64,000 nucleotides of DNA from Phoronis australis (Eukaryota > Animalia > Phoronida). Shown here piece by piece: positions 14,221 through 27,585 of the stretch. A program made the translations under genes and the position numbers. The notes under the pieces are model-generated. The model ran no database searches. It was not told the origin of the DNA and saw nothing but the letters and a program-made list of their open reading frames with translations. Each line of letters opens with the position of its first letter. Position 1 is the stretch's first letter. The stretch is from positions 111,404 to 175,403 of the forward strand of contig NMRA01000733.1 in the NCBI GenBank assembly GCA_002633005.1. The letters are read 5' to 3'.

Positions 14221-14373
14221 CCGATTACAATAGAATGCATAATATATGGATGGAAAGTAACATCCCAGAAGACCAATGGAAATACCAGAGAGATCAACTG
14301 CTAACCAACGTCGAGCAGCCTTCTCCGAGTGACACGAGAACAGATGATATCCAGCTGAGCACAACATGCAGTA
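14221..14373 (-). CDS. PAQR3: PAQR3 coding exon 3
   Basis: YCMLCSAGYHLFSCHSEKAARRWLAVDLSGISIGLLGCYFPSIYYAFYC; SxxxH and D motifs of PAQR; 153 nt. Confidence 0.92.
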
Positions 14374-14936
14374 CTGAAACAAAACCACAAGACTAATTGA
14401 TCATTGCTGTGGAGGATAGAGTTGTAGGGTTGAAAATCATGGAAACTGACAAATTATGAGGGCAGGCTTCTTACAGATTCCAGAGTTTACATATTTATAC
14501 TGGAGCTTGGATCAAATCAGATTTGTGCATTGTCCACAATCTGATGTCATTCTCCATTAAATAACACTATTTTTTACACACAAACAAAAATTTCGGTGTT
14601 CATTTTTTCATGAATCAGAAATAGCTCCAAATAAATAAATCATTATTAAGTGCTATACCATAGCTATCGCCAGACAATGTTTTGACGGACACTCACAACA
14701 ACATTAAAAAAAATAATTACATAGCAGTAAATCAATAACAATTTTCACAAAATAATGCAAAGATATTTCCAATGAGTAAAAAACCTTTAACTATCATACA
14801 ATGCCAGATACAACTCAGTAAAGACAGAGGACATGATGAAAGCGTTCATGGCTCGCTGCAACACGGGCAGTTTGCAAATGGTTGTTACAATTATAATGGG
14901 AGTAGCAAGACTAGAGTGAATTTGTAAAAAACCCAC

Positions 14937-15099
14937 CTGATAGCAGAGTAAAGCAATACTGACGATAATATAGTCAGAGAGTTTGGCTGGAAGACTAGGG
15001 AGGTACACTATGTCATCGTAAGCCAAGAACAGAGTGAAGAAAATGAAGCCTATTAGGTGAGACCAGATGTTTATTGTCTCGTTGCTCCAGACGAACAAA
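14937..15099 (-). CDS. PAQR3: PAQR3 coding exon 2
   Basis: LFVWSNETINIWSHLIGF; ExxxNxxxH PAQR motif; 163 nt, phase 2/0. Confidence 0.92.
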
Positions 15100-15403
15100 C
15101 TGAAATGAACAATTGGAGAGTCTACAACTTTGACATGAATACACTTTAAGAACTCATAACACATGGCATACTAATTAGCTGCAATAGATAATAGATATTT
15201 CGATGTGCATATTTGTTAGAATAAAATAAATTTTGATAAACATCTAAAATGTTAGTTTTTACCAATTAATTAACTTTATACTATGAAAAGTTGTATCTAA
15301 TGAATTTTCAAGCAAGGAGCAATTTTGATTGAATAATTAAAAAGGATTAGCTTTTTTGTTATCTACACAGAAGAACATGTTTCACATAGCTTTTTTATTT
15401 TAC

Positions 15404-15681
15404 CTTTTTATACACATCGCAGGTGACAGAAATACTCTGTATCCATTGGTAACATATGGATTGCCACGCAGGAACAAGGGCAATTCTTTGTAGGAGAACA
15501 GTGGAATGTCAGGGTCACTGCGGTCACATAGACTGTGTCTGCTGCCTGGACTGACACAGCTGTTACAACCACGGTCAATGTCCAGGTCAAGAATTGTGTA
15601 CAAGGCGACTCCAGTCGACATTCTATGGCCTTCACCTCTGAAGTCCCTCGATGGCATTATGTATTCTTTATATTTACCCAT
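15404..15681 (-). CDS. PAQR3: PAQR3 first coding exon
   Basis: MGKYKEY...LFSYKELPLFLRGNPYVTNGYRVFLSPAMCIK; in-frame TGA upstream of ATG; upstream acceptor at 15750 implies a non-coding first exon; spliced product 342 aa. Confidence 0.85.
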
Positions 15682-16149
15682 GGCAACTGTGACATAGCGA
15701 GAATGGTCGTTTGATGCACATATTGGGTTGTGACAGACGGGAGATCAAACTAAAAAAGAAATAAGAGTATACAACTGGAAAACATTTAACTGGTAAATAA
15801 ATAAACATGTTGAAAGTCAACAGAGGAAAACAACCACCTGATAGTAAAAGATATGCAGAAACGTTGGGGGGGGGGGGGGGTTACNCTGGTATGTGGCACT
15901 AGGTCCAGTCGAAGTACCTGACGTACCTTACTTTGCTAAATGTACGAAAAGCTCCAGGACATGTTTTTGCTACAAAATGCTGTAGATGAGTTTCACACTT
16001 TAGGTTAATCGTGTTAAAAGATTAAAAACCAAGGGATTGAATGAGCAAATTTAAATTCTAGAGTTTTCACCCAACAGGAAGCAGTGTATGAAACTATGAA
16101 AAGGTGATTTTTTTAATAGATTAGCTCACAACAAATTTGTGCTGACTCT

Positions 16150-16290
16150 GAGTGAGGTGCATGTGTGTTCAGTTTGACCAGCTGAGTGATTTGCATGTGT
16201 GGTCAGTTTGACCAGCTCTTAATGAGGTGCATGTGTGGTCAGTTTGACCAGCTCTAAGTGAGGTGCATGTGTGGTTAGTTTGACGGTCTG
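16150..16290. repeat. About 36-bp tandem repeat x4
   Basis: GAGGTGCATGTGTGGTCAGTTTGACCAGCT units. Confidence 0.8.
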
Positions 16291-17009
16291 AAATAACCAC
16301 CAGATTTAATTGCTTATTGTTACTCAAGACAATAACAGACAACTTGTCCAATCCTGCAATCCCAACAAAAAATCCTAGTGATATTGACAATTCCCATTCA
16401 TGAAAAAAAATATTTAAAAATAACAAAAAGTTCACTATCAATAATTGGAAAACCCTGCTCAATGTCAGAATCACTTCTACTGCCTATTTGAGGCATTGGT
16501 GATGAGGGGTCGAGAGGTGGAATTGGTGGTGTCCATGGGTGGATTCTTCCTTCACCCCAAAAAATCCTCTCTCAGAAGGCACAGACATCTTTTCCCTGTC
16601 AGGTGAGTGAGTAGCCTAATTATACAACTAATATTACAATAGGTGAGACCAGAATCTAAAGTCGGGAAATACATATTAACTAAGCTACTCGCTTAGCTCC
16701 ATGCAGATGGGTAGCGAAGGCTGAGCGGGTTGCGTGTAGATCCAGATATTACCACACATGTTGCCTACTCTTACCTTTCGGAAAGAAAAAGAGTTAAAAT
16801 TGGCAGCAACCATAATGACTGGGACCTTTACTAGTCAATGTTTTCATTTTTCGTAATCTCTTTAGCCTGAGGTATGCGATGGGCTAAGTTGCAGAATAAA
16901 AAATAAGGGTTTTTGAATAATGTCATTATTATGACGTTAGTAGAAAAGATAATAAAGACAAGACTCTGCAACATGGGCATGAAAAAATGGCACCGACAGT
17001 TAGTTCAGC

Positions 17010-17510
17010 AATTCATTGGATCCTGGAGCACAAGCTCAATGTCGCTGGCGTATCTCACTACCTCGACGACTTCGTTTTTGTGCCCCCCATCTTTGCCTAA
17101 ATGCCCAAAGGCCCTCGCCACATTCATGTCACTCAGTGAATCGGTCAGCATCCCCATCAAGACACTTATCTTGACTCAATGACCATGACAGCTTCTCTCA
17201 CTCATGACAAGGTGGTCAAGGCTACGGAGCTTCTTCTTGAATTCCATAATAAAGCACTGGACGCTCACCCCTTGGGATCTCCAATCATTGATTGGCCTAC
17301 TCAACTTCGCTTGTTCAGTCATCGTGCCAGGCCGTGCCTTTCTTCGTCATCTCATCAAGCTTACCATTGGTATTTCCATACCAGACCACTACGTCACTCT
17401 AAACAAAAAGGAGCTACAGAGCAGACCACAGGGTCTGGTCAATTTTCCTCAAGGAAAACCTTGTTCCTGTTCGACGAATAGACATCTTCTAATACTATCA
17501 AACTGTACAT
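17010..17510 (+). mobile_element. DIRS/Ngaro-type retrotransposon RT fragment (frameshifted)
   Basis: WILEHKLNVAGVSHYLDDF then LQSLIGLLNFACSVIVPGRAFLRHLI, characteristic of tyrosine-recombinase retroelement RT. Confidence 0.75.
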
Positions 17511-17534
17511 GATGTATTTTACTAATTAAGCAAC

Positions 17535-18000
17535 CAATAGCTGCAATGTCTACAATTACGCAGACGACAAAGCCTAATTTTCTCTCATGGTGACCTAAAT
17601 GCTATATTCTCAATCGTGCTAGCAAAAATGACATGCAATGGTTCACAGAAAACAACACGACTACCAACCCTGACTAGTTGCAGCGCATAAATGCCTCAAA
17701 GAAAATTATTTTCTTCTGGTTGATGACTCGGCCACCAATAGCAAAGACAGACTGAGTGTAAAATTATTAGGAATTACGCTTGACAAAATACTTGATTTTA
17801 ATAGCCATGCATGCATCAATTATTTGTAAAAAGGTTTCATGTGGTCTTTATATCTGTAATGATCACATTTTGATTATTGTTGCCTTGTATGGTTCCAATG
17901 TAGTGTTCAAAACAGCAAAAAAGTAGAACAAAATCAAGTTACATGCCCTTTGTTATGTTTTCAATGACCATAGTTCATGTAAACCGTTATTTAGAGAAAA
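17535..18000 (+). mobile_element. CR1/L2-like LINE RT fragment, decayed
   Basis: NVYNYADD, KLLGITLDKILDFNSH and FDYC motifs across frameshifts. Confidence 0.65.
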
Positions 18001-18096
18001 GTGTAAAACACATAAATTTTGTTTAGGAAAATGTTATGCACTGAGGTTTTAAACACATAAATAAAAAAGATTGGCTCGCAGTCTAGGAAATGTTTT

Positions 18097-18277
18097 TGTT
18101 GTGTAGCACATGTATATTTTATTGTGTAGCACATGTATATTTTGCTGTGTAGCACATGTATATTTTGCTGTGTAGCACATGTATATTTTGCTGTGTAGCA
18201 CATGTATATTTTGCTGTGTAGCACATGTATATTTTGTTGTGTAGCACATGTATATTTTGTTGTGTAGCACATGTATA
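18097..18277. repeat. 23-bp minisatellite x8
   Basis: Unit TGTGTAGCACATGTATATTTTGC. Confidence 0.92.
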
Positions 18278-18498
18278 TGGACTATATGGAATAGCATATC
18301 AAATACAGTAGCTCTGTATACCAGACTTTCATACCAAAACATATAGCCAAAAATATCTTAGCTACATAGATGTTAAGCGGTGGGATTTAATCCCAAATAA
18401 TGTACGCAACATGAATGATCCAAATGACTTTGTAAGGCATATTAACATATTTTTGACGACTTATCTGAGTGTCACAGTTGTGAGTATTGTAGGATTAA

Positions 18499-20462
18499 AG
18501 GAGAATGCCACCTGATTTAATTAGTCTTTTTTACCGTCTTAATTGTTCTATATCCACATCGCCTCTTATACTGTCGACCTCACCTTGCCGAGAGGTGTCG
18601 CGTTAACCTGTGAGGAAGGTGAGAAATGACACAGCGACGTCAGTGGTTTGTCTGCAGAGTGAATGCCGCTATTGCGGTGCATGGTTCCCGCCTGTCCAAA
18701 CTATGAAGCTGCGAAGAAAGCGGGTATATCGTTTTTTCGACTTCCTCGAGAGCCTGAAATGCTTAGGAAGGGGCTCGCGGTAGTGAAGAATGAAAGGTAC
18801 GTTGTTAATAGCAAGTTATGAGGCTGTGAAACATCTCCGTGTCTGCGGCCGGCATTTCGTCGACAGTGATTTCTCTAAAGAATTCCGGCTTAACAAAGAA
18901 CTATCCATACGTTCCGTTGCCTCTCTAGTATTTCTTGATCAGCGTATTCCAGTTTGAACTGATAGCCTGTGAAACCTAACGATCCAACCCGTGAAGTCTT
19001 CGTTGGATGAGCTCTTGAATAAGTCGGGATTAGCGTCGGGCGAGTTGCCATGTAGACGTTTATTATTCTGCGTTCTGTTTGAAATTAAATTATTCTCATC
19101 CTAACCAATGCTTATATAAAACTAAACAAAGTCTGTGTCATAAGATACAAATAGATACAGTGCCTTTGCAGTATTCTGGAGTACAAATGTTGAGAAGCCA
19201 GCCACCGGGCACCGAGGCCGTGTGAGCGCATGCTAATTCAGTGTTTGCTGACAGAAAGTTGTTGTGAAACAATTACTCGATTTTATATGCTACGGTCACA
19301 TGTTAGGGGAATCTTTATTTAGAAATACAAACACATTATTCAAATCATTGTTACTGTACAACCTTTGCCGTGACAGTCTGTGGAGGGGAACCTGACTTCG
19401 CGGCCCCCGACAAGTAAGTAGATTTTCAGTTTCGTGGCTAATTCACATAAATAATTACGTCCATATTATTTCTTTGGCTCACTATTACAGTCTTTTCGTG
19501 ACTGGAGGTTAAGTTTCCAACTCAAGCTGGTTTATGTTCGTGCCAGTCTCGGCGGCCGCAACGGGTCTGATCATGCAGGTTCCAAGCCACTGGTCAGGAT
19601 AACGAGTCAGTCCGGCCGTGACGGGCCTGATCAGGTTCCGAGCCACTGGCCGGGAACAAGCGTTTTGTGTGTTTAGACCTCAGAAAATCACAAGTCTAAA
19701 CAACACAGATCTAGGTTCTCCTGTCTGTATTTCACGGAAGAATACTTCGAATTCATCTCCGAACAGACCCCAAACACCTGCTACTCGACAGACCTTGGTA
19801 AATTGGCCTGCCGAACTTTGTAGGCTACGGTGAGTCCACCAATAAATCCGTGACAGCGAAATAAAACAACACATTTTTATACTGGGAACTCGGTGTATTT
19901 TTAAGGGTTTTATATCAAACTTTGATTATTTATTGGTGTTAAACGATGAATTCAAGCGATAAGCTGACTGACACCAGTAACCGGTAATAGTCGGATAAGT
20001 TGGTCCCATTTCAAATTCTGTCAGGAATACTTAAAAAATAAAATGAAGTGTCGCAATATACAATTACCCACTCTTATGGATCACGCGCGCCACTCTACTC
20101 ACACTTTTTCGTGAAATCTACAACATTTGAGAAGATACNACCAATAAATCCGTGACAGCGAAATAAAACAACACATTTTTATACTGGGAACTCGGTGTAT
20201 TTTTAAGGGTTTTATATCAAACTTTGATTATTTATTGGTGTTAAACGATGAATTCAAGCGATAAGCTGACTGACACCAGTAACCATTGTTGTGAACTGCT
20301 GAACAGACTGTGGGTTTAAAACCAATTACGTCAATGGATAATTTCAACACCTCCATCTACCGTCAGGTGTCAGATAACGCAACCAAACGTGCTGTTATCG
20401 AGTAGAACTACTCGATCTAAATTCAATACAAAATAGGTCGTTTTTTTGGGTGGCATTCTCCT
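18499..20462 (+). mobile_element. Kolobok-like non-autonomous DNA transposon, family A copy 1 (degenerate THAP domain)
   Basis: TTAA|AGGAGAATGCCACC ... GGTGGCATTCTCCT|TTAG; THAP remnant at 18663-18875 (RCMVPACPN..ISFFRLP..LRVCGRHFVDSDF); homologous to 25909-27585 and 58520-62371. Confidence 0.75.
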
Positions 20463-20644
20463 TTAGCCCAATTGCAACATTTTAAACCAAAAAAGTTACC
20501 CATTTTTTCTCATGAATGTACAGTTTTCTAAAGGTGTTGTATGTTCCTTCCTCAATTTTTGTTAGGGTCTAGCACATGTGCTCATGTGTTATCTGTTTGT
20601 GAACCATACCGACGTGAAATAAACCTTTAGGCCTACTTACTTAC

Positions 20645-20954
20645 TTGAAGACGCCGAGGAACATGTACTGTCTGATGACTGATATATAGGCATCTGACGC
20701 CTGTGACTATGAGGCAGCCTGGTTATGATTGAAATGAACTGAGGCAAAAACCACCTACGTCTTTATCCTGACAGAGTCTATTCTTATGGTCTTACCAATG
20801 TTCGGATAACACCAGCTTGCTGTTTAACCTAACGATGACTTTATTTTGTTGTAAGCCCTAGGCCTATGCCGTCCAACGGCAACAACAAACGCCAATAGGT
20901 GGCGTTGGAATGTGTGGTCTTTCTGATTTGAAGTACAAAATCACCAGTTTCAAA
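20645..20954. promoter_or_regulatory. Probable bidirectional promoter PAQR3/COIL with putative non-coding PAQR3 exon 1
   Basis: Minus-strand donor AA|GTAAGT at 20644 (alternative GTAAGA near 20796); CCAAT at about 20893; coilin ATG 310 bp away on the other strand. Confidence 0.45.
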
Positions 20955-21202
20955 ATGTCTGCCTCCAGTCGAGTACGGATTGAGTTTGACAAAACCCTTT
21001 TCCTCAGTGACAACGCTGGCACAAGTTCATGGATGTTGATAGATTGTAATGAATATCCAACAGTAGAAAACGTTCAACAGCACATTAAGAAGCGATACCT
21101 CCTTAATTCGTGCGGCCCGATGGTTGTACGTCTCTACCTCCAAAATGCTTGGTTGCCGCCGTGGGAACGAACCTCAATAATCAGAGAAAATGATTTGATC
21201 AG
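20955..21202 (+). CDS. COIL: Coilin exon 1 (N-terminal self-association domain)
   Basis: MSASSRVRIEFD...WMLID...LYLQNAWLPPWERTSIIRENDLI matches the coilin N-terminal pattern (RLRLQFD..WLLVD..LYL..LPP.E...RDND); donor GTAGGT, phase 2. Confidence 0.88.
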
Positions 21203-23027
21203 GTAGGTTATGATAGTTCGTTTCAGGACAACAGTTTATCTCAAATCTTTCTTAAAGTGACCAAGTGCTAAATTGCAGTTGGCTATTAGTGAGAGGACGG
21301 CAAGTGTAAAAGAACACTTTTCAGCCAACATGTTTCATAACATTGACAATGTCATTGTTTTTGTGGTAAAAGCCAAGTAAACGGGTCCCTCTTCAAAATT
21401 ATGGAAATGGCCACCGGAAACCAATTTTCACTTAATAACGCCAATTTTAAATAGCAGAACTTTTAAAAGTTGTATACAAGTAAAAAAATAGTCATAAATG
21501 GTGTTGTGACTAGGCTCGCGCTAGCCGCTCGTCATTGGCGAATTCTGAGTGTCACTGGCGATGGTAGAGCTAAGTCCATTTGCCAACTTGGTGAATGCTT
21601 TTGCAACTTGACAATAATTAATTTAAGGAAACCTACTCACATGTCCATTCACAGTCAGCTTGAATCAAGTCGTGCCGCAAACGACATTCTTACTTCGATT
21701 CCGAGTCCTAAAAATAGCAAGCGAATGTTCCATTTCATGTCCGTCACTCCCCCTGAAATCATTCTTTTACTGCAACGAAATGTTCAACTGTGTAGGGGGG
21801 AGGGGTGCCCTTGTCGTCTGCAAGTGACTGTTTCAGCAGTGGCAAAAAGGAAGCAAGGTAAAGCAAATGTCAATTTGTTAATATATAGACGCTGAGGTTG
21901 GCTAGTAATGAAATATATCAAGTATCAATTTGCTACTTAATGAATTTTATATTTACTTCTCTGCACGATTTAGCTTTATTTTGTAAGCCAAAAGTTATGT
22001 TAATGTTTTTGGACCTAAATGTCTTACTCATCAAAATGCCCATGAGGCTGGCATATCTCTGCTGTAACCTGGGGACAGAGGGGAATTCCTACCCATTTTT
22101 TTACACCAAAATCAATGAAATGCATAACCCCTGCAGGGATAGGGACAACCACTGCCCAATTTTTTGGATCAACATCAATGAAATGCCAATGTGGCAGGCA
22201 TACCCCGCCGTAACCAGGGAATATAGAGAAAGTGTTTGGCTTACAATTTTTGAAAATGGCTAAAAGTTTTCAGATGCTTTAGCTATTTAGGCTAATACCT
22301 TTAAAAGTCTAGTGTGAGCGTAGTGTGACAGTTGTTCTCTTTCTGAATTCTGTCGAAGAAATTAGATTTCTGTTATCAGTGTCTTGAATCCTCCTTGAAT
22401 CAATGACTATTATACATACATATATAGTCTTAAAAGACTATATATGTATGTATAATAGTCATTGATTACTTTCAAATATCAAAACAAGGCAAGGAGACTT
22501 TCAAAAGTGAAGTAGTAAAACCTTAGTCCCACTCCTGTCACTTTAAGTTGCACATAGTAAGTAGGAATGACTTGTGTAGATGCATGACTATTTGCAGGGC
22601 CGTAGGAAGTGGGGGGGGGAGGGGCCACGGGGAGGGGCTGGGGGGAGGGCACATGAAAATTTTCAGGCATACATCAGGGTTACACCGTGGCAACCGACAT
22701 ACATGTGGGGCGAAAAAATTTGTAACACAAAGCCGCTTTGTGGAGCATATCAATATACTGGATTTTTAATTCAATAAGTCAATTTTGCGACTGCAAAACC
22801 ACATTTTTCCAGACGCCCCTCTCTGGCAAGGGATAACGGAGACAACTGACGCTTTTTTCTTATATCACACACACACACACACATTTCTTGATTTTTCAAA
22901 ATATAGATATTTTCATATTGAGTGGCCCCACCCTTGAAGAAGGCCATTGATGACGTTGAAGTGGCCACCTTTTTACGTTTTTATTGACAAATTCTTAAGG
23001 GTCCACTCACGGAGATTGGGCCCAAAG

Positions 23028-24320
23028 TAGGCCTTCATTCAGCGTACGTCCTGGGCGTTCATTTGGACACCCTAGAACTAATCTGGACGCCCTGGCAAGG
23101 ACGCCCAATGTATCATTTGGACGCCTTGTCAATCAGAATTTCTCCAGGTAGGATATCCACGTTGTAAGATTACTAGGACTCCCAGTTAACAAAAGAGAGA
23201 AGTTGGCACTTTCATCTCAGAAAGAAATATACAATGTATTTAAAAAAGGTTACAGTGTTCAAACCATTCTCAAACTATTTAGTAGACCTGTCAATCATTA
23301 GCACCTGTTTGGTTGCCAGAGTGTCTCTGCTTTCAGAGGTCTAAAATCTTTCTGTAATTCAGGGGCCCGTTCCAACAAAACTGACTTAGCTAAGACAAAT
23401 CTTAAATTTTAGTAAATTTTAAGATAAAACTTAAATTTTTCTCGGGACCGTTTCAAGAAAGAGGTCTTAAGGTTGAATTAGGTTTTTGATAAAAGTTGTG
23501 TCCTAATTTTAACTATCTCACCGGATGTGGAGGTTTCAAAGTATGGATGTTAAGACAAATCTTAGACTTAAGTCAAAAATGAACTTAAGTCAGTTTCTTG
23601 GAACAGGCCCCAGTGCTTTATACAGGAACACGGGCTTTGGTTAACTCCAGACCTGGTGTTTCCGGGCTGTAGTTTCATGTTTTTCATCTTTTTTTAAAAA
23701 CATCAAAAGTGAAATAAATGTTATAATTTTAATAATATGATGTGCCACAAGAATATGCCCATTTAAAATGTTTGAGTATGCACCCGTTCCAGGCTTTTCT
23801 ATGTGCGTCTTAATATGCAGCAGCAGTAGTGACACCTGTTGCCAAAATATAAACCACTCATCATCAGTGCTTTTGTCTTGTGTTGGTAACTGCAGCTTTG
23901 ATGACTCATTGTATGGAATATAAAGCTAGCTAAGATGATATGATATGATAAACTGTATAACAGCAATTTCACTTGAGATCACCAAAAAACAGTGCACTCA
24001 TCATTCAACCAATATTTGTAATATCTGTAATACCTGTTTGGTAAGCTATTTGGCTGTTTTCATAAATTTAGACATATAAGTCTTGATCCACAGTTTTTTT
24101 TTGTAAAAAGGTCACTACAAGGGAGCTGTTCTTGTAAACTTAGATGTAAAAGCCTTGTTCAATGCATTTTTGTATAAAACCTCAGTATGTGGGGAGGAGG
24201 AGTTTACTGGTGAATGGTGGTGGGAAGTGGGGGTAATGCATCGTTCGAATCATGGATGCCCTGGAATATTGGGAACCCCATTTTGAACACCCTATTTTCG
24301 AAATCCTGGATAAAGCCCTG
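23028..24320. mobile_element. hAT-type non-autonomous element, family B long copy
   Basis: Ends TAGGCCTTCATTCAG / CTGGATAAAGCCCTG; 8-bp TSD gcccaaag/gcccaaat; reverse-orientation homolog at 60279-61160. Confidence 0.75.
23363..23610. mobile_element. PIF/Harbinger-type MITE nested in family B
   Basis: GGGCCCGTTCCAACAAAACTGACTTA ... TAAGTCAGTTTCTTGGAACAGGCCC, CAG TSD; absent from the homologous copy near 60840. Confidence 0.7.
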
Positions 24321-24579
24321 GCCCAAATTTGGGACTCGATTACGTCTAGTTTCCTGTTTTTTGTGAAATCGTGCAACCGACTTTCATGTTGAGGAAGGTC
24401 ACTTCCTGCAGTCTTGTGATCACATGGTGGTGGAATGAACTATCACTCTTTTCCAAGCTTAATGATGTTCAGCCTTTCAAAATTAAGGAGTCCTATGTCA
24501 GACGGTACACTCTCTCAGTGGAGCAGTTTGGAGAAATGCCCCTTTGTCCCTCTATACATGTAAATCCGACACTGCCTAG

Positions 24580-25027
24580 CAGGCCTTTATCCAGGATTTC
24601 GAAAATAGGGTGTCCAAAATGGGGTTCCCAATATTCCAGGGCGTCCATGATTCCGATGCGTAACCCCCCCACCCCCAGCAATCCCCCTAAACACACAGAT
24701 TTTTTACAAAACTGCATAGACCAAGGTTTTTACATCTAAGTTAAAAACAGCCTTCTGTAGTGAGCATTTTTACTAAAAAAAACTGTAGACCAAGACTTTA
24801 CAATGCTATCAACCAAGTGTGAGCACAGCAACATTGTATATACATTGTATATTTCTTTCTGCTTTGAAAAAAGATCCCCCACTGTGAGCCTTCAGAGGCT
24901 TCTTAGTATTCATTACAATGTGTGAGTCCAAACTTGAAAGGTTCCTATTGACAGTGGGCGTCCAAATGATACATTGGGTGTCCTTGCCAGGGTGTTCAGA
25001 TTAGTGCGGATGCTGCATCAAGGCCTG
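24580..25027. mobile_element. hAT-type MITE, family B short copy
   Basis: CAGGCCTTTATCCAG ... CTGCATCAAGGCCTG with perfect 8-bp TSD CTGCCTAG. Confidence 0.85.
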
Positions 25028-25908
25028 CTGCCTAGTTTTCACGAGGGAAGTTGAGATTCCAAATTCATTAAAAAAGACAAAACATTCATGCACAGCACAA
25101 CAGTATCAAGACATTCGACCCAAACAACCAAAAAATGTGAAAAAATAGAAGAGGGTTTTGACCGCCGTCAAAAGGGTGGAATTTTGAAGAACGTGAAGAC
25201 CGCCGATGGTTAGTTACGGAATAATGTTACTGTTTCCCATAGTATCACAAGAATAGTATACCTTTTGAAAATGATTACCATGAATTGTTTGTAACGAATT
25301 TCCACATGTGGAAAACACTGCTGTAGAGGCTACCATTGGGGTGACCATGTACATGTCGAATGAGCGTGCTCAAATACTCGCAATGATAAAGAAATATTTC
25401 TGCTTTTTCTAGGTTCAACTAGGTGAACTGTTATAGGTACCTCAGAAATGAGCAAAATACACCTTACTATGAATGCCCAATCTCTCATTTTCCCCTGATT
25501 TCCCTTCAAAAATCTGCGAGCATGCCTGCAGAAAATGCTTATAACACTCCGTTTTGATCAACAAATTCATTGGTTTCTGATTTACATGTTTATGTATCTA
25601 CGAAAACTGTCAGCTTAAAAGATGATTTTTGGCCATTACAAGCTAGTTTTTTAAGAAGTGATTATGATTCAGGGAATTAAGTTGAAGCCTGAATATGGAA
25701 AAAAACTCTAGTATAATCCGATCCCTCAATAGTAAAGTGCACTTGGACGCTTTTTGCCTATCTAAAATAATTCTCAAGGACATTGATGAAATTTGGACAA
25801 TTCCCAAAATTTACCCACAATTCAAATGACAATAAATGCATTACTTTTTTGACTTCGGTACAAGTCTTGTTGTTTAAACTCACTCACAGGGCATCAAAAA
25901 GGAATTAA

Positions 25909-27585
25909 AGGAGCATGCCACCCAAAAAAAACCTAATTTGTATCAATATAGATCGAGTAGTTCTACTCCATAACAACGCGTACAGTTGCGTTACCTGACA
26001 CCTGACGGAAGACGGAGGTGTTGAAATTATCCAATGACGTCATCGGTTTCACACGCAGTCTGTTCAGCAGTTCACAACATGGGTTACTGGTGTCAGCTTA
26101 TCGCTTGAAGTCATCGTTTAACACCAATAAATCATCAAACTTCGATGTAAAACCCTTAAAAATACACCGTGTTCTTATAAAAAAGTGTTGTTTTATTTCG
26201 CTCTTACGGATTTATTGGTATTTGGACACACCGTAGCCTACAAAGTTTGGCAGGCCAATAAGGTCCGTAGCAGGAGTTTGGGGTCTGTTCGAAGATAATT
26301 TTGAAGTATTTTCCGTGAGATACAGACAAGAGAACCTAGATCTGTGTTGTTTAGACTTGTGATTTTTTGAGTTCTAAACACAAAACGCTTGTTATCCTGG
26401 CCAGTGGCTCGGAGCCCGATCGGGCCCGTCGCGGCTGGCCTGATTGACTCGTTATCCCGGCCAGTGGCTCGGAAACTGATCAGACATCACGAACATAAAC
26501 CAGCCAAAGTTCAGTGGAAACTAAACTTCCAGTCAAGAAAATACTATACTAGTGAGCCAAAGTAATGTGCACCTGATTATGTTAGTGAATTAGCCACGAA
26601 ACTGCAAATCTACTTAATCGTCAGGGGCCGCGAATCCAGGTTCCGCTTTGGCCACAGCACTGTCAGGGCAGAAGTTGTACATTGACAATCATTATTTGAG
26701 TAATGTAAATGTAAATAAAGATTCCCCGAACATCTGGCCGTGGGATAGAAATCGAGTTGTTTCACTACAGTTTCTGCCTGCAAACACAAATTAGCATGAG
26801 CTGACATGGCCTCGGTGTCCCGTCAATTAGTTTTATTGCATCTAAAGCCGGTAATGCAGTGATTTATTCATTGCTGGCTTCTCAAATCATTTGCGCTCAC
26901 GAACACTCCAAAGGCATTACAAATTGCATCTAATGAGACGAAATTTGGTTTCAGTTTTATATAAGTATTGGTAAGGGTGAGAATAATTCGTTTTAAACAG
27001 AACGCTCAGTAATAAACGCCAACATGGCAACTCACAATCCCGACTTAGGACGAGCTAGAGCTCATCAGTCCCGACTTCGCAGGTGGATCGTTAAGTTTTA
27101 CAGGCTATCAATTAGAACAGGAATACAGTGATGAAGAAATACTAGAGAGGCGCCATGAACAAGCTCAGACAACGGAACGTATGGAGTTATTTGGTAAGCC
27201 GGCATTCGTCAGACACTGTCAACGTCTGCAGGCCACAGACACGGAGATGTTTCACGGCCTCATACTTGCTATTTACAGTGTACATTTCATTCTTCACTAC
27301 CATGAGCTACTTCCTAAGCCTTTTAGACTCTCGAGGAAGTAAAAACAAACGATATACCTGCTTTCCTCGCAGCTGCTTAGTTTGGACAAGCGGGAACGAT
27401 GCACCGCAGCATAGCGGCATTCACTCTGCATATGAACCACTGACGTCGCTAGCATCGTTTCTCACCTTCCTCACAGGTTAACGCGACACCTCTTGGCAAG
27501 GTAAAGTCGACCGTATGCGAGGCGATGTGGATATAGACCGATTAAGACGGCAAAAAAGACTAATTAAATCGGGTGGCATTCTCCT
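25909..27585 (-). mobile_element. Kolobok-like family A copy 2 (complete ends)
   Basis: TTAA on both sides, 14-bp TIR AGGAG(A/C)ATGCCACC; THAP remnant MLRCIVPACPN* starting 27412 on minus strand. Confidence 0.8.

Noticed and set aside
17991-18342. Overlapping repetitive ORFs (MCYTTKYTCATQQNIH)
   Set aside because: Translation of the 23-bp minisatellite
19838-20284. Exact 145-bp direct duplication inside family A copy 1
   Set aside because: Copies flank a single N at 20139; most likely a contig-overlap or haplotype artefact
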